Both the position numbers and the translations under genes were made by a program. From Azolla caroliniana (Eukaryota; Plantae; Polypodiophyta), in the NCBI GenBank assembly GCA_043228905.1, contig JBHGNT010000005.1, positions 24,490,001 to 24,554,000 on the forward strand: a stretch of 64,000 nucleotides of DNA, written 5' to 3'. This document shows, piece by piece, positions 62,028-64,000 of the stretch (within the stretch, counting starts at the first letter, position 1; the number at the start of each line of letters is the position of its first letter). The notes under the pieces were generated by a model. The model made no database searches. It was not told the origin of the DNA and saw only the letters and a list, made by a program, of their open reading frames with translations.

Positions 62028-64000
62028 GTAAGTACCATATCCTTGGTGCATGCATTCACACTGAAAATGATTCAACGTTCTAATTATGCTCAGTTGATTA
62101 AATTGTATTTTCTCTGGTCTCTTCTCCAAAACTGACTTATCCAAGAATGGAAAGTCCTAATATAAGCTGTGCATAGGCCGAACCAAAAATTAATAGAGAA
62201 ATCTGTTTGGCAGCTATATAGTTTGACACCACCAAAATAATAATCTGCTTGAAATATCATAAGTGTCAGATTAAAGATGTTCAACAGTACTTTGCAGATT
62301 GAAACATTTAGTGTTACCAATTCATGACATAGTATAAATGATAAATGCAAGAATTAAAAATGCATATATTGTCACATTATTTACTTTAATACAGCATACA
62401 TGCAAACATAAGACAAATCTTGTCAAATCTAGCCAACAGTCTGCATGAAATATCACCGTTTGGCAGATTAGAGATGTGCATTAGTGCTAGTTCAAATACA
62501 AAATTGGGTACTAATCATTAAAAAGATGTAATATGAAGCCTCTTGTAGTCTGCATAACCATTGAATACAGAATTTGCTACGTATTTGGGATCTAACTTCC
62601 CCCAGAATTCCGCTATGTGCCAAGTTTTATGTATCTAATCAAGGAGAACATTCTTCTCGTCTTTTCTGAGTTGTCGAATAATGTATCCTAATCTGTTGAT
62701 AAGAGTCGGGATCAACTCCATCCAAATTCATGTGAGAACCTGAGATAGCAATATCATGTCTATGGAATTGGTTGCTATATTTTTGCTCTCTACATGGTCA
62801 GAAAGCTTATATTTTGTGGGTGAGCGCAAACACAGAGCAAGCGGTGAGCTAGCTGTCTTTCTAGTTGATGTACCACGTTTATCATTTTGTAGTTAAATTT
62901 AAGATGGATTATGAAACACATGTTTCATATACAGTATTTTCCCTCTTCATTACTCTGCCTGCTTTTTTTAGCTAGGGTAACTTAATACGTGGAATGGAAC
63001 ATAGTGTCGTTCATTTCTGTGTAAAAACATCAGGTGGCGATGTTTTGTTTGACCAGAAATGGCCTATTGTTAAGCAGTATTAAGTAAATTATGTTTTATA
63101 CAGGCTGGTACCCATATTGTAGGCAATGGATGTATCCCATTTTGTTGGGTTGTTTCGCTCATTGCAGCTTATTATTTGTTCCAAATTTTGCAAAATGCAT
63201 TCGGTAAACAATCAATTCTGTATGTTCCTTATCCTTATCTTCACTGCTGGAGATTTTTCATTGAATTTATTTAAGATCCTTTGCTTCTATTTAACAAATT
63301 GGAAATGATTTTGTACATGTCAAATTATAATCCTCACAAATTCTGTGACATCTATTATGAGGTCATTTATAAATTCAGAAGTTTGAAAAGCATACTTTCA
63401 AACATATCTGGGAGAAATATACATTGGCAGTCAAAATCTGAGGACACATGCAATCCAAATTCTTAGAATCACTATTGGCCATCCCAGTTTTGGATTAATA
63501 TTCACATTGGAATGCTACAGATTTTTATTCTCAGAGCCTGTAGGTTGAGCTGGACAGAAGGATGCTGTGAGGAACAGATACCCCTTGCACTACTTACTCT
63601 ACTGTGAATGCTCTAGTTACGTTTTTCTCATGTGTCCTCGTCCATTTTAGTTTTATATGTAGCATCCCATATGTTGGCATTGATCCTGTCCCCTGTTACA
63701 TGGGACCATCTAATTTTGTTTCAATAGATTTACACATATAATCTGGTCCTCATAGTTGTCAGACGTTTAGAAAAGAAATGGGTCACTGAATGAAAATATT
63801 CGGAAGCTTGAGGAGGATGACCAAACACTGGGTTTGTTTGTTCAGTTTTAAGATGAGGTAAATCAAAGTGACTTGAGATTTGATGCCAATGATCAAGACG
63901 CAAAAATGATGGCAAACAAGATTTAGAAAACAAATAAATATAACTATATTTCACCAAATAGAGTGTTCTCTTACAAGTTGTGAAATGGAATGTTATCATG

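Noticed and set aside
62028-64000. Further ERMP1 exons
   Set aside because: No exon with convincing splice sites and homology recognised; treated as intron running past the window end.

Overview
Eukaryotic plant nuclear DNA, AT-rich and intron- and TE-rich. It is most likely from a fern or another plant with flagellated sperm (inference: an intact axonemal DRC3/LRRC48 gene plus a PLS-class PPR gene of the type expanded in ferns). Five host genes were reconstructed by hand from splice signals: DRC3 (14 coding exons, including a U12-type AT-AC intron), DPM3, a single-exon PLS-E PPR gene, a p23 Hsp90 co-chaperone (minus strand) and an ERMP1-like M28 peptidase (13 exons seen, continuing past the window end). 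Mobile DNA includes two Copia elements with TSDs, a solo LTR, a truncated Copia whose LTR/PBS/gag fragment ends about 95 bp before the ERMP1 start codon, a long L1-clade LINE, RTE-like LINE fragments, two hAT-type MITEs and several tandem repeats. I found no convincing wholly new biological system. The best leads are the minor-spliceosome intron in DRC3, possible LTR capture of the ERMP1 promoter, an inverted LINE pair around an in-frame exon block, and an unassigned C-terminal region in LINE ORF1.
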